Shown here: positions 64,000 through 64,000 of the stretch, piece after piece | Position numbering within the stretch: position 1 is the first letter of the stretch | How the letters are laid out: the number at the start of each line of letters is the position of its first letter | Virus record (IMG/VR): IMGVR_UViG_3300031957_002411 | Location: 71,791-135,790 of that record | Length of the DNA: 64,000 nucleotides | Strand: one strand, 5' to 3' | Origin: a virus | The notes under the pieces: model-generated | The model's database searches: none | What the model saw: the letters and a program-made list of their open reading frames with translations, nothing else | What the model was told of the DNA's origin: nothing | Position numbers and translations under genes: made by a program

Positions 64000-64000
64000 A

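Noticed and set aside
1-64000. Alternative genetic code or stop-codon reassignment
   Set aside because: Standard code gives very long, tightly packed ORFs, and TAA, TAG and TGA all terminate genes at sensible junctions
60180-64000. tRNA genes in GC-rich intergenic stretches
   Set aside because: No cloverleaf or T-loop GTTCRA signature found

Overview
This window is part of a large, AT-rich tailed dsDNA phage genome (Caudoviricetes, probably siphovirus-like because no tail-sheath gene lies next to the tube gene). Bases 1 to ~60,150 form one co-oriented minus-strand late cluster. In transcription order it holds a short sigma-like factor, a possible TerS, a glycan-modification block (GT-like, sulfotransferase, GT25, GT32, GDP-mannose 4,6-dehydratase), HNH, ERCC4 nuclease, ClpP-like protease, TerL, portal, protease/scaffold, decoration protein and major capsid protein. 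These are followed by fibre-like proteins, a 1823-aa Cys-repeat/mucin-like protein, neck and tail genes, tape measure, a 3961-aa FG-GAP propeller protein and further large tail-tip-like genes. After a repeat-rich strand-switch region (~60,180-60,590) comes a plus-strand early-type region of small acidic or membrane ORFs with sigma70 promoters and recurring intergenic modules. The main signals are: (1) a candidate virion glycosylation/sulfation system, with Ser-Gly-enriched outer proteins and a mucin-like stalk; (2) a seven-blade integrin-alpha-like propeller with a DxSxS-bearing insert; (3) an intergenic GTGTATA motif paired with a region-2-only sigma factor; (4) paralogous tail-chaperone-like genes with RNA structures; (5) apparent CCWGG avoidance. 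All product calls come from motif recognition and synteny only. No searches were run, and counts were made by eye.
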